Positions 48,054-58,364 of a stretch of DNA of 64,000 bases are shown one piece after another. A program made the position numbers and the translations under genes. The stretch spans positions 64,001 through 128,000 of the forward strand of contig CAVTNR010000008.1 in the NCBI GenBank assembly GCA_963736115.1. The letters are read 5' to 3'. Under the pieces are notes generated by a model. It ran no database searches. It worked only from the letters and a program-made list of their open reading frames with translations, and was not told the DNA's origin. The stretch's first letter is position 1. Each line of letters opens with the position of its first letter. Source of the DNA: an uncultured bacterium (lineage in GTDB: Bacteria > Zhuqueibacterota > QNDG01 > DTFT01).

Positions 48054-48523
48054 ATCTGTCAGCGAGCGCATTCCCCCGCGATCCCGTTCCGGCCGGCCTG
48101 CGGTAGTAATCGTCCTCACTGTATATTCCGTCCGGAACACGCTCTCGTTCGCGCTCCCGGTCCGGCCGCGGTCTTCCTGACGGCTGAGCCGCGTTTCCCT
48201 CTTCTTTCTCTCGTTTCTCAAAACGTACCCAAAAATTCCAAATGTAAAAAATCGTGAAACATCGTCACAGCGGTCCCGTATATGCCTCTGTACCAGGAGG
48301 CTGATATGGCGACTGTCATCCGACAAATACTGAGAAACGACACCGAACACCGCTGGTTTATCATCACGCTGATGTCCGATCCGGCCAGCCGGTTCCAACC
48401 GTCCGGCGATTCCGCCGATCGCTCGCCGTCCGACCCTCCACAGATCAAATCCCATTGCGAACCATTTCAGGATCATCCCGTTCCATCGGGGAACGAAACC
48501 ATTCACCCGGATAGGAGGAAACC

Positions 48524-48907
48524 ATGAAAACCGGAAAAATCACGCTGATTCTGGCTGCCGTTCTGCTGGCTGTCGGAGCCGCCTGGGCGGACACGCCCGC
48601 CACAGCGGTCGCCTCTCAGGAAAAGGGCATCGGCAAGGTCGAAGGGCTGATCGTCGACGCCCAGACCGGACAGGCGGTCCAGGATGTGTACGTGGCCATA
48701 GACGGCTGTCTCAATGCCGCCATGACCAACGAGCGGGGCCAGTTCTTCATTCAGGAGGCTCCGGCCGGAACCTGCATGATGAAAATCGCGAAGCGGGGAT
48801 ACAAGCCCGTGGATATGCAGGTGCAGGTGGAAAAGAAGAAAAAGAACGTATACACCGTGCGCATCAAGGAAGCTCCGAAAGCGGCTCCGGTCGAGGAACA
48901 GTCCTGA
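48524..48907 (+). CDS. Secreted carboxypeptidase-regulatory-like domain protein
   Basis: AGGAGG RBS; signal peptide; GKVEGLIVDAQTG..TNERGQF..GYK. Confidence 0.8.
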   Translation: MKTGKITLILAAVLLAVGAAWADTPATAVASQEKGIGKVEGLIVDAQTGQAVQDVYVAIDGCLNAAMTNERGQFFIQEAPAGTCMMKIAKRGYKPVDMQVQVEKKKKNVYTVRIKEAPKAAPVEEQS

Positions 48908-48923
48908 GCGGAACTGGCGACTA

Positions 48924-48956
48924 AAGTGCCGGGTCCCTGCAAGGTGCCCGGCACTT
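48924..48956. repeat. AAGTGCCGGG..CCCGGCACTT palindrome (second copy 49461-49493, half copy near 49053)
   Basis: Near-identical palindromes downstream of genes. Confidence 0.75.
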
Positions 48957-49008
48957 CCAGGCGTTTTCAGGTCTACACTGTGCGCCGCACTTTAAAGGGA
49001 TATCCGTC

Positions 49009-49033
49009 ACCCCGGCTTCGGCCGGGGTTTTTT
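49009..49033 (+). terminator. Intrinsic terminator
   Basis: ACCCCGGC-TTCG-GCCGGGGT plus T run. Confidence 0.75.
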
Positions 49034-49162
49034 ATGGCCGGATCGAAAGAATGTGCCCGGCACTTCCAAACACATCCGGACGCTTGATTTGAGGGACGGG
49101 CCGCAGTATATTAAGACGGAAGCAACAGCAGCATTTCATGAAGGCAATTGAAGGAAGGAGGC

Positions 49163-49456
49163 ATGATGGGTTACGCGGGAGCGGGAGCCAGTACTGCGGC
49201 GGCTCAGGCCGCCATCGCCCAGGCCGTACGGGCATCGGGCGCGATCGTCCGGGTCAAGCCGGAGGCGTTTCTGAAGATCCTGTCGCGTTCCGAAGAGCCG
49301 CTAATCGTCACTGCGCCCGGAGGCGTCTTCAAAAAGCACTTCCAGTACATGACCGGATACAAGGGATTGATATTTCACACCCAGTCCCCTGAGCCGCTGT
49401 CTCTACCCATGCGCGCCGAAACCGTGGCCGCTGAAAAGATCTGGATTCCCGCGTAA
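49163..49456 (+). CDS. Small hypothetical protein
   Basis: GGAGG RBS; AAIAQAVRASGAIVRV..YMTGYKGL..AEKIWIP. Confidence 0.7.
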   Translation: MMGYAGAGASTAAAQAAIAQAVRASGAIVRVKPEAFLKILSRSEEPLIVTAPGGVFKKHFQYMTGYKGLIFHTQSPEPLSLPMRAETVAAEKIWIPA

Positions 49457-49475
49457 GGAAAAGTGCCGGGCATCT

Positions 49476-50639
49476 TCAAGGTGCCCGGCACTTTTCGATG
49501 CGGTCCCGGAAATCCCGCAGAAAACCCCGCATCCGTTCCATGGACGCGGCCGGCAGATCGAACGGCCGGTAATTCTCCAGGTAGTGGGGGATGGGGAGGA
49601 TCACGAAGCGGTTCGACCAGACTCCGGCCTGCGCGGCGCCCTCGAGAGCCGGGGACCAGCGGTCGAACACCCAGACGGGTACGGCATCCATGTGTTCCAG
49701 GGACCGCACGCATTCACCGGATTCCAGCCACTGCCGTTTCAGCGTGAAGCTGAAGATCATGCCGCCGTCCCGGTTCGGTGTACGCTGATTGGATATGAAG
49801 TTCCCGAGCGAATACACGACCAGCCGGTCGGCCGTCCGGCCCCGCCTGTCCGTGCGCCTCATTTTTTCCCACCTCTGTAGCACGTGCGGATGCCCTCCGA
49901 GTACCACATCCGCTCCCTCATCGAATAGGAAACGGGTCCACCGGATCTGGCTGGAATCAGGCTCCGTCCGATATTCCGCGCCGACATGCAGAATGGCCAG
50001 GATGAAATCAGGATCCGCGGCTGCAGCGAAACGCATGTCCGATGCGATCGTTGCCGAATCCAGGACGGACACGACGCACCCGGCCGGTATCTTGCCGTTG
50101 GTGCCATAGGTGTAGGAGACAAAGGCGAGCCTGATGCCGCGGCATTCGACGAACTGCACGCTGTTCCGGACGTAATCGGAGGAGTCTCGATATGTGCCGA
50201 CATGCCTGAGGCCGAGGCTGTCCAGCACATCCAGAGTGCGGATCATGGCGTCACGGCCCTTGTCCGGGCTGTGGTTGTTCGCCGAGTTGAGCAGATCGAA
50301 ACCGGCTTCCTTCAGGCCGCGGGCCAGATCGTCAGGCGCGCCGAAGGCGGGGTAGCCGGAGTACCGGTCCTTCCGCCCGGGGAGAGTGGTTTCGAAATTG
50401 CCCACCGCGATGTCCGCGGCGGATACCAGATCCTGCACGTAACGGAACACGGGTCCGAAATCGTATACCCCGCGGGTTTCGTCCCAGGCTGCCTGAAGCT
50501 GGCTGTCGTGCGCCATGATGTCGCCAACCGCGGCCACGGTGACACTATCCGCGTTTCCGCCTTCCCGGAACCATTTTTGGCCGGCCAGCGGGGCTGCGGC
50601 CAGGAGCGCGGCGTATGCTGTCAGTAGAAAGAGTCGCAT
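49476..50639 (-). CDS. CapA family metallophosphatase-like protein
   Basis: AVGDIMAH, GNFET, ANNHSPD, HVGAEY, GGHPHVLQ, YSLGNF. Confidence 0.9.
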   Translation of the reverse strand: MRLFLLTAYAALLAAAPLAGQKWFREGGNADSVTVAAVGDIMAHDSQLQAAWDETRGVYDFGPVFRYVQDLVSAADIAVGNFETTLPGRKDRYSGYPAFGAPDDLARGLKEAGFDLLNSANNHSPDKGRDAMIRTLDVLDSLGLRHVGTYRDSSDYVRNSVQFVECRGIRLAFVSYTYGTNGKIPAGCVVSVLDSATIASDMRFAAAADPDFILAILHVGAEYRTEPDSSQIRWTRFLFDEGADVVLGGHPHVLQRWEKMRRTDRRGRTADRLVVYSLGNFISNQRTPNRDGGMIFSFTLKRQWLESGECVRSLEHMDAVPVWVFDRWSPALEGAAQAGVWSNRFVILPIPHYLENYRPFDLPAASMERMRGFLRDFRDRIEKCRAP

Positions 50640-50789
50640 TTCAGTTAATTTAAGATATCCGATCGACCGAATCAAGAGCGGAACTCCCGTTAGCCGAAGG
50701 ACCCGCCTTCGGGAGGTCCGTCTTTTCCCTCGCATCGGTCCAGGTTCCATTCGGTTTGCTTTCAATCCGGCAATTCATTATATTACTTC

Positions 50790-51833
50790 ATGCGGTATGT
50801 CCTGCCATTGACCGTATTCCTGTTTCTCGCCGTCTGCCCACTGGTTGGACAGGAGCCCGGAGTCCGCGTCATCCGGGTCCTGGCAACGGACCGGCTGGTT
50901 CTGGAAACCGGAGATACCGTTCGCACGGCCTTCGCTGAGGAGCCCTTTCAGAACGATCCGGATACGGTGCGCGGACAGTTTGCGGAATTCTTAAAAGCGT
51001 GGATGATCGTTCTGGCATCCAGCCGGATCTGGCGGGTGGAACACCTCGCATGCCCGGATTCCGCGGCTGGTGACAGCCCCGCGATTTTGAGCTCCTCCCG
51101 CTCCGTTCCGGTCATCCGCCTCAATGAGTATCTGCTCGAACAGGGTTATGCGGTTTTCCGCGAGGAATGCGACACGACCGGAAGGGCGGCCTGCTTCGCC
51201 GCCTCCAGGGCCGCCCGGAAATCCCGGCGGGGCGCGTACCAAAGCCGGAAATCGATGATGCCGGAACGAACGGTGATCGCGGCGGATTGGTACTTTCCAT
51301 ACCGGATGGCTTCGATTCAGGCCATCGGAAACCGGACGCATTTTATCGCCGAGTTCGGACGCTATTATATAATCACCGGACCCGGTCAGGATAATTACGA
51401 CCTAACCTGGGCAACGGACGACCCCGGACGGAAGCCGGCCTGGTACACCTGGACCCGTGTGGAAATCCAAGGTCGCAGATGGGGATGGATGGTTGGCGTA
51501 CTTTACGCATCCGATTGGGCGACGGTTCCCGGGCTGCCCATTCCGCTCTGGGGCGTGAGGTGGGGCGACATGGAACGCTGTTATTGGGCCCTGGACTTCG
51601 CTCTCTTTGTTCCCGTTTCCATGCGTTTCAATTACTGGCTGCGCCATCCGGTTTCCAAATGCTGGATAGGAATCAGCCCGGGCGTGTTCATGAACAGTGA
51701 TAATGAAGGGATCGCCTGGCAGATCGGAGCGGATCTGCCGCTTTTTCCCCATATTCTTCTGAAACCTCAGGCCATTTTCCCGAAAGAGTTACGCGGGGGA
51801 TTCTTCCGGATGGGAGTCGGGTGTGCGCTTTGA
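50790..51833 (+). CDS. Secreted protein with degenerate thermonuclease-like N-domain and aromatic beta-rich C-domain
   Basis: VIRVLATD; LNEYLLEQGYA; AARKSRRGAY. Confidence 0.55.
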   Translation: MRYVLPLTVFLFLAVCPLVGQEPGVRVIRVLATDRLVLETGDTVRTAFAEEPFQNDPDTVRGQFAEFLKAWMIVLASSRIWRVEHLACPDSAAGDSPAILSSSRSVPVIRLNEYLLEQGYAVFREECDTTGRAACFAASRAARKSRRGAYQSRKSMMPERTVIAADWYFPYRMASIQAIGNRTHFIAEFGRYYIITGPGQDNYDLTWATDDPGRKPAWYTWTRVEIQGRRWGWMVGVLYASDWATVPGLPIPLWGVRWGDMERCYWALDFALFVPVSMRFNYWLRHPVSKCWIGISPGVFMNSDNEGIAWQIGADLPLFPHILLKPQAIFPKELRGGFFRMGVGCAL

Positions 51834-52395
51834 TCGATTGAGTGCGGGAATTCGAAGGATTTTCCCGGCGATCGCTGTATTGATTTTTCTCGGGACGGGC
51901 TCGGGGTCCGCTTCGGAAAAAGTGGTTGTGGCTGAGGTCCCGGACACCGGTGTCTTTCGAACGACAGACGGACGAATTTTCCGGCTGGCTTGCGTGACCG
52001 CGCCCTCGGTCCGCGATCCGGATCCGGTCATGGCCGTTTTCGGCCGTCGGGTGCGGCGCGAGGTTTCCGTGTGGATGCGACATGGCCGTTTCCGCATTGA
52101 GCCGGAACCAGCCGCATGTGCAGTCAGCGACACGCCGGCAGTGCACGTCTGGAGAAGCCAGGACCCTGTCACCAGGACGATCAACCGCCTTTTTCTTCAG
52201 AACGGATTCGGATTTTTCTCGTGTGACACCTGCAGAATCGGTGCGTCTGCACAAACGGACGGCATGCCGGAATCCGGGGGCGAGGGCGGGGAATTTAGGA
52301 TGCAGCGGATAAAAGAATACCGTGATGCCGCGGAAAAGGCGTTCCGAAAAAGAAAAGGACTCTGGAACAGTGATCTGTACGGCAAGCTCAGGTAA
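51823..52395 (+). CDS. Degenerate thermonuclease (SNase)-like protein
   Basis: FRLACVTAP; INRLFLQNGFG; AEKAFRKRKGLW. Confidence 0.55.
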   Translation: MRFDRLSAGIRRIFPAIAVLIFLGTGSGSASEKVVVAEVPDTGVFRTTDGRIFRLACVTAPSVRDPDPVMAVFGRRVRREVSVWMRHGRFRIEPEPAACAVSDTPAVHVWRSQDPVTRTINRLFLQNGFGFFSCDTCRIGASAQTDGMPESGGEGGEFRMQRIKEYRDAAEKAFRKRKGLWNSDLYGKLR

Positions 52396-52437
52396 CGCGC
52401 CTCCCGGGAGAGGCCGGCCGACTCCGGGGGAAGCGGC

Positions 52438-52950
52438 ATGAACGCGCAGGCCGGCATGATTTTTTCTAATATCCGTCTGCTGACCGCAGCGGACCTCCCG
52501 TCCGTTCTGGACGCGCAGCGGGAGTCCTACGGCGCGGCTCTGATCGAGGATGAGGCGGTTTTCCGGGAGCGGATGAGGATTTTTCCGGCCGGGATGCTCG
52601 GTGCGATCTCCGGTGAAACGCTTGCCGGATACGCGGTCTGCCATCCCTGGATTTTCGGCAGAACCGTGCCCTTGAACTCGGTGGTCCTGGAGATCCCGGA
52701 GGGTCCCGACTGCCTGTACATCCACGCTGTGGCCGTACGCCCGGCTTTCCGCGGCGCTCATATCGGCGGGTGGCTCGTGGCGGCGGTGATGGAAGTGGGG
52801 ATCATCGCCGGACTCCGGCGTTTCACCCTGACCGCGGTTCAATCGTCGGAGAAATTCTGGGAGCGGTTCGGTTTCCGTCCGGCGGATCGGATCGAGACCG
52901 TGGAGGGGGTCACGGCCTCTGTGATGACGATGGACAGAACGGCCGGGTGA
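52438..52950 (+). CDS. GNAT family N-acetyltransferase
   Basis: YIHAVAVRPAFRGAHIG; AVQSSEKFWERFGF. Confidence 0.88.
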   Translation: MNAQAGMIFSNIRLLTAADLPSVLDAQRESYGAALIEDEAVFRERMRIFPAGMLGAISGETLAGYAVCHPWIFGRTVPLNSVVLEIPEGPDCLYIHAVAVRPAFRGAHIGGWLVAAVMEVGIIAGLRRFTLTAVQSSEKFWERFGFRPADRIETVEGVTASVMTMDRTAG

Positions 52951-53164
52951 TAAGTAATGAAAAACGCTCCGGGAGGTTCCAAACCTACCGGAGCGTGGGA
53001 CCAATTTATCACATTCTCGGAATGTTGAAGGCCCGGAGCGTTCACGCGAAGAACCTCCCGCGGGTTTGCACGAACCCGCGGGAGATACTCCGTCCCGATG
53101 GAACCGGCGGTCATCAAACGCCCGGATTCCGGATTTAACCGCCTTCAGTGAGCGATACGCCCGC

Positions 53165-53845
53165 ATGACCGCAATTCTGCTGATAGGTTTTCTCGCCCCG
53201 GTTCTGATCGCCGTCGGCCTTCTGGGTTTTAAAAACGTCCAATTGACCTTCCTGTTGTACCAGGGCCTCTATTGCATCGGGATCCCGGTCGCGGACCTTG
53301 TCTTCTTCCGCCGGCTGTCCGCCGCTCAGATCGGGGAAAAACTCGGTGTCCGTTTCGGCCGGAAGCCGGTTCTTCAGGGGGTCCTGATCGGGATCGCGGT
53401 CATGATCCTGATGACGGCTTTTTTCGTCCTTCTCCGGAATGTCCTCATCGACCCGGATGCGATCAGCACCCTGCTCCGGGATTGGCGGATCGGCCGGAGC
53501 CAACTGCTGGTTTTTCTAATTGTCATGTCTTTCGCAAATCCGGTCGTCGAGGAACTGTATTGGAGGGGGTATTTCTTCGACCGCCTGAAAAACCGGATGT
53601 CCGCCGGCCGTTCGGCAGTGCTTTCCTCGTTTTTCTACGCTTCCTACCATTTCGTCACAACGGCCAGCCTGTTCAATCTGAACATCGGGCTTTTATTCAC
53701 GACGGTCATTTTCGGGGCGGGTGTATTCTGGGGGATCTTGAGGGAAAAGTCGGATTCCGTGATTGGTCCGGTCATCATTCACATGGCGGCTGATTGGGCG
53801 GTGATGATCGCCTATTTTCTCTACATACACGACCGGCTGGGCTGA
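53165..53845 (+). CDS. CPBP/CAAX intramembrane metalloprotease
   Basis: EELYWRG, FYASYH, HMAAD; multiple TM helices. Confidence 0.88.
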   Translation: MTAILLIGFLAPVLIAVGLLGFKNVQLTFLLYQGLYCIGIPVADLVFFRRLSAAQIGEKLGVRFGRKPVLQGVLIGIAVMILMTAFFVLLRNVLIDPDAISTLLRDWRIGRSQLLVFLIVMSFANPVVEELYWRGYFFDRLKNRMSAGRSAVLSSFFYASYHFVTTASLFNLNIGLLFTTVIFGAGVFWGILREKSDSVIGPVIIHMAADWAVMIAYFLYIHDRLG

Positions 53846-53902
53846 GCTGTCCGTATAGAAAAACGATTACCTTCTTTCAAATAAAGGTAATCGTTTATTT
53901 TC

Positions 53903-53929
53903 GTAGGGGCGACGCGCCGCGTCGCCCCT
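53903..53929 (+). repeat. GTAG-type REP palindrome
   Basis: GTAGGGGCGACGCGCCGCGTCGCCCCT. Confidence 0.7.
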
Positions 53930-53972
53930 GCGATGGCTTGAAGCGTCCGACGGCTTCGGAATACGCAAACAA

Positions 53973-54829
53973 TCAGGCGCTTTTCCGTCTCAGTTTCCCC
54001 ATCGCGCTGACGTAGCATCCCTCGGGATCGGCCACGGCCTTCAGGCAGTACAGGCTCCGGTATTTCCGCTCCTCGGGCTCGGAGCGGTCCGAGACGTCGG
54101 CCAGCGCGCCCCACGGGCAGGCCAGGCACTGCTCGGGCTGGCGGTCCAGAAGCGAGGCCATGCGCACCGAGACGAGCGCCTTCTCGTCCGTCCACCGCCA
54201 TCCCCATCCGCGGCCCTGTGTTTCCACCTGCTTCGGATGCGAGACCACGATGCGGCCCCTGTCCTCACGGATTTCACCGGTCATTTCCACTTTCATTTTC
54301 GCGGTAAAACCGAACGACGCCATCAGGCCGGGGGACACGCGGACGTAAACCGGCCCGTCCACGGGCTCGACGCCGATGAACCCGTTCCGCAGGACCAGCA
54401 GATACCCCCTCAGCCGGAGCCGCGACCGGTCCGGGAGAACGGTTTTTTCGAACCAGGGCTTGACCGTGGCAATGCGGCCCGCGACCTGCGGCCTGCCCCG
54501 GACCGCTTTTTCGATCCACGCCTCGTACGCCTCCAGATCGTCGAGAAAGGCGTCGTACGCCTCTCCTTCGATGAGGCGTTCGGGCTGAAAGTGGAGCTTG
54601 TCCTCCGCGTAATGGGTGCAGCCTTTGCATTGCGGCCCGGCATGTTGAAACCCTGCGGACAGCGGCCGCCTTTTTCCAGCTTCACGCAGTGCCAGACGAA
54701 ATAGAGACAGCCCGATGGCCAGCATTTCTTTTCGCGCAGAACGTGATAGGCCGACACGGCGCCGCTGAACCGGCGGTGCGCCTCCTGCCGGCACCGGAAC
54801 ACGTCGGTGCGTTTCAGGGGATTGATCAC
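53973..54829 (-). CDS. Cys-rich hypothetical protein (indel near 54630)
   Basis: GTG overlaps the upstream stop. First frame gives CWPSGCLYF..C..C; second frame gives CKGCTHY..CLACPWG..C..C. Confidence 0.6.
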
Positions 54830-55734
54830 ACATTCTCCCTGCCGGAAAAATCGAGCTCGCTTTCGGAAGCGCCGTGTTCCAGTTCGTACAGCGATTTCCG
54901 TCTCGATTCCAGATCCAGGATTTCCTCTCCCCGGTATTCCGCGGCCGTCTGGAGCACTCCGGCCTGCTCCATCGCCGCCTGGAACAGGGGCTCGGCTTTG
55001 CGCCGCCACTCCGGGTCCCGGAGGGGATGGTGGTCGTACAGGATGCGCCGGCTTCCGGATTCGGAAATCAGGCGGCGCATCCGGCGGATCAGCTGAGACG
55101 TGGCGGGCCGCCGGACACCGCGCTCGGCCGGATTCGAGTCCGGGCCGTCGAGGTACAGCACCGACGGCTTCGCGGACGCGAGAAACAGCGCGGTCGGTTC
55201 CGGATAGACGCCCTTCGCGGCCGAGGAAAATGCGAACGATTCATCGTCTTCGGTGACGACCAGCGGGATGGCGGCCTCGCGGGGGTCGGCCGGTCCGGCC
55301 GGGACGAAGTCGCCGAAGGCGATGCGGCAGGCGCCGGCGGAGAAGGCGGTTCCGTCCGCGAATACGATTTCCTCGCACAGGTTCCGCGCGGTTTTCAGGA
55401 AAGCGAAGGCGCGGGTGCGGCTTTCAGGGGAGAGACAGAGATTGGGATTCTTCACCAGGAGCCGCTTGCCCTTCATCCATTCGGGCGACTCGAACCGGAC
55501 ATGCTCCGGATCCCAGCGGGTGACGGCGATGATGCGGGCGGTCTTGGCGAACAGCGAGATGCGGCTGAGCGCCTTGTCCAGGCGGTCGGTTTCAAGGGGG
55601 TGGGGCGGAAGGCCGCGGCGGCGTTCCGCCAGGACGGCGCCGGGATCGATCAGGATTCCGGCGCCGCGGCCTTCCACGAAAGTGGCCATCGAACGGACGC
55701 CCATGGAGTCCGCGGCGAGCGGGATGATCTGCAT
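54826..55734 (-). CDS. UPF0282-like MBL-fold protein
   Basis: MQIIPLAADSMGVRSMATFVE, ILIDPG, RRGLPPHP, YDHHPLRD. Confidence 0.8.
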   Translation of the reverse strand: MQIIPLAADSMGVRSMATFVEGRGAGILIDPGAVLAERRRGLPPHPLETDRLDKALSRISLFAKTARIIAVTRWDPEHVRFESPEWMKGKRLLVKNPNLCLSPESRTRAFAFLKTARNLCEEIVFADGTAFSAGACRIAFGDFVPAGPADPREAAIPLVVTEDDESFAFSSAAKGVYPEPTALFLASAKPSVLYLDGPDSNPAERGVRRPATSQLIRRMRRLISESGSRRILYDHHPLRDPEWRRKAEPLFQAAMEQAGVLQTAAEYRGEEILDLESRRKSLYELEHGASESELDFSGRENV

Positions 55735-55813
55735 GTCGAGCGTCGCTCCCGTAAATGAAAAGGGTTTTGGCGGCCGCGGCCGCCAAAACCCGGACTTCCG
55801 CGTTCCGGAGGGT

Positions 55814-57073
55814 TTACGTCCCGATCTTCCAGGACGAGAGGTATTCCTTCTGCTCCTCGGTGAGCTCGTCGATGCGCACGCCCATCGATTCAAGCTTCAG
55901 CCGGGACACCCAGTCCTCGATCTCGGCCGGGACGTCGTAGACCCGCGTCTCCAGCTTGCCCGCATTTTGGACGACCCATTCGGAGCACATCGCCTGGGTC
56001 GAGAAGCTCATGTCCATCACGCTGGCGGGATGCCCCTCGGCCGCCGCGAGGTTGATGAGCCGGCCCTCGGCCAGCACGCGCAGGCACCGGCCGTTCGGCA
56101 GAACGAATTCATCGACGTTCCGGCGCACCCCGGTGCGCGTTTCTTTTGCCATCTTTTTCAGCGCGTCCAGGTCGATTTCAACGTTGAAGTGGCCTGAATT
56201 CGCGAGAATCGCCCGGTCCTTCATGACCTCGAAATGCTCCTTGCGGATCACGTGGATGTCGCCGGTCAGGGTGCAGAAGAGGTCCCCGATCTTCGCGGCC
56301 TCGTCCATGGGCATGACCGGGAATCCGTCCATCGCGGCCTCGATGGCCTTGATCGGGTCGACTTCGGTCACGATCACGTGCGAACCCATGCCCTTGCAGC
56401 GCGCGGCGAAGCCGCGGCCGCACCAGCCGTACCCCGCCACGACGACCGTCTTGCCCGCGAGCAGGATGTCCGTCGCCCGGATGATGCCGTCCACCGTGGA
56501 CTGCCCGGTGCCGTAGCGGTTGTCGAACAGGTTCTTGGTCTTGGCGTCGTTCACCGCAACGACGGGGATTTTCAGCGAATGGTCGGCGGCCATGGCGCGC
56601 AGGCGGATCACGCCCGTGGTCGTCTCCTCCATGCTACCGAGGATTTCCTTCGTCTGGTCCGGGTAGTCGAAATGAATGGTGGACACGAGGTCGGCGCCGT
56701 CGTCCATGGTCACATGGGGCCGGACCTCGATGGCCGTTCGGATGTGGCGGTAGTACATGTCCTTGTCCTCGCCGCGCACCGCGTGCACGGCGATGCCGTA
56801 TTCCTTCACCAGCGCGGCGGCCACGTCATCCTGGGTGGAGAGCGGATTGGAGGCCACCAGGCAAACGTCGGCTCCGCCGGCCTTGAGGGTCCGGACGAGG
56901 TTGGCGGTTTCGGCGGTCACGTGCAGGCACGCGGACAGGCGCTTGCCCGCGAACGGTTTTTCCTTCTCGAAGCGCCTGCGGAGCAGATTGAGAACGGGCA
57001 TGTCCTGGTCGGCCCATTCGATGCGGCGCTTCCCTTCCGCGGCGAGCCCGGGGTCCTTGATTTCAAAATTCAT
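55814..57073 (-). CDS. ahcY: Adenosylhomocysteinase
   Basis: CLHVTAETA, SNPLSTQD, EETTTG, FDNRYGTGQS, GYGWCGRG, AEGHP. Confidence 0.97.
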   Translation of the reverse strand: MNFEIKDPGLAAEGKRRIEWADQDMPVLNLLRRRFEKEKPFAGKRLSACLHVTAETANLVRTLKAGGADVCLVASNPLSTQDDVAAALVKEYGIAVHAVRGEDKDMYYRHIRTAIEVRPHVTMDDGADLVSTIHFDYPDQTKEILGSMEETTTGVIRLRAMAADHSLKIPVVAVNDAKTKNLFDNRYGTGQSTVDGIIRATDILLAGKTVVVAGYGWCGRGFAARCKGMGSHVIVTEVDPIKAIEAAMDGFPVMPMDEAAKIGDLFCTLTGDIHVIRKEHFEVMKDRAILANSGHFNVEIDLDALKKMAKETRTGVRRNVDEFVLPNGRCLRVLAEGRLINLAAAEGHPASVMDMSFSTQAMCSEWVVQNAGKLETRVYDVPAEIEDWVSRLKLESMGVRIDELTEEQKEYLSSWKIGT

Positions 57074-57198
57074 TATTATTTCCTTGTTTTAAGATGATGC
57101 CCGTGCCGCATCCGGCGGGAAATGCCGTTCCTGCGGCCGGATCGGCGGACCTGCAAGGCCGGACCCGGCCGGCTCCGGTCCGGCCGGGACGGGTCAGA

Positions 57199-58335
57199 CT
57201 AGGCCTTGATCAGCTCTTCCGTGCGGTCCGTCTTTTCCCAGGTGAATTCAGGCTCGGTCCGTCCGAAATGGCCGTAAGAGGCCGTCTTGCGGTAAATCGG
57301 GCGGCGCAGGTTCAGACGCTCGATGATGCCCTTCGGCCTGAGGTCGAACACCTTCTTGACCTTGCGTTCGAGCTCGGCGTCCGACACCTTGCCCGTTCCC
57401 TGGCTTCGGACAAGCACGGATACCGGCTCGGCCACGCCGATGGCATAGGCGAGCTGCACCGAGCACCGGTCCGCCAGACCCGCGGCCACCACGTTCTTGG
57501 CGACCCAGCGGGCGGCGTAGCATGCCGAGCGGTCCACCTTGGTCGGATCCTTGCCCGAGAAGGCGCCGCCGCCGTGGCTCTCGTATCCGCCGTAGGTGTC
57601 GACGATGATCTTTCGGCCGGTCAGCCCCGTGTCGCCGTGGGGCCCGCCGATGACGAAGCGGCCGGTCGGGTTGATGTGGGTTTTCAGCTTCTTCGGGTCC
57701 GTGAGCTCCGCGGGCAGAACCGGCAGGATCACCCTCTCGAGCACGTCCTTCCGCAACTGCTCGATCGACGGGTCCGGATCGTGCTGGGTGGAGATGACGA
57801 CGGTGTCCACGGCCACCGGCTTGTGTCCCTCGTACAGGATGGTCACCTGGCTCTTGCCGTCCGGCCGCAGGTAGGGAAGAATTTTCTCCTTGCGCACATC
57901 GGCCAGCCGGCGCGTCAGCTTGTGGGCCAGCATGATCGGAAGGGGCATGAGTTCCGGCGTTTCATTGGCCGCGAAGCCGAACATCATGCCCTGGTCGCCC
58001 GCGCCCTCGCGGTCGACGCCCATCGAAATGTCGCCGGATTGCCGCTGAATCGTGTTCAGCACGGCGCAGGTCTCGTAATCAAAGCCGTAGTGCGCGTTGG
58101 TGTACCCGATGTCCATGACGACCTTGCGTACCAATTCGGGAATGTCCACGTAAGTTTCCGTCGTGATCTCTCCGCCCACCAGGACCATGCCGGTCGTCAC
58201 GTAGGTTTCGCACGCCACGCGGCCCTTGGGGTCGTCGGCCATCACGGCGTCGAGAACCGCGTCCGAGATCTGGTCCGCGACTTTGTCCGGATGCCCCTCG
58301 GTCACCGATTCGGAAGTGAAGGGATGCAGTTCCAT
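57199..58335 (-). CDS. metK: Methionine adenosyltransferase
   Basis: [28 protein letters not shown]. Confidence 0.97.
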   Translation of the reverse strand: MELHPFTSESVTEGHPDKVADQISDAVLDAVMADDPKGRVACETYVTTGMVLVGGEITTETYVDIPELVRKVVMDIGYTNAHYGFDYETCAVLNTIQRQSGDISMGVDREGAGDQGMMFGFAANETPELMPLPIMLAHKLTRRLADVRKEKILPYLRPDGKSQVTILYEGHKPVAVDTVVISTQHDPDPSIEQLRKDVLERVILPVLPAELTDPKKLKTHINPTGRFVIGGPHGDTGLTGRKIIVDTYGGYESHGGGAFSGKDPTKVDRSACYAARWVAKNVVAAGLADRCSVQLAYAIGVAEPVSVLVRSQGTGKVSDAELERKVKKVFDLRPKGIIERLNLRRPIYRKTASYGHFGRTEPEFTWEKTDRTEELIKA

Positions 58336-58364
58336 TGAAAACTCCTGTTCAGGGGGTGAGGCCG

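Noticed and set aside
48240-48270. CRP-like site CGTGA..TCACA
   Set aside because: Spacer is 7 nt rather than 6; single weak match.
58336-58364. SAM riboswitch upstream of metK
   Set aside because: The intergenic gap is under 30 bp and has no motif.
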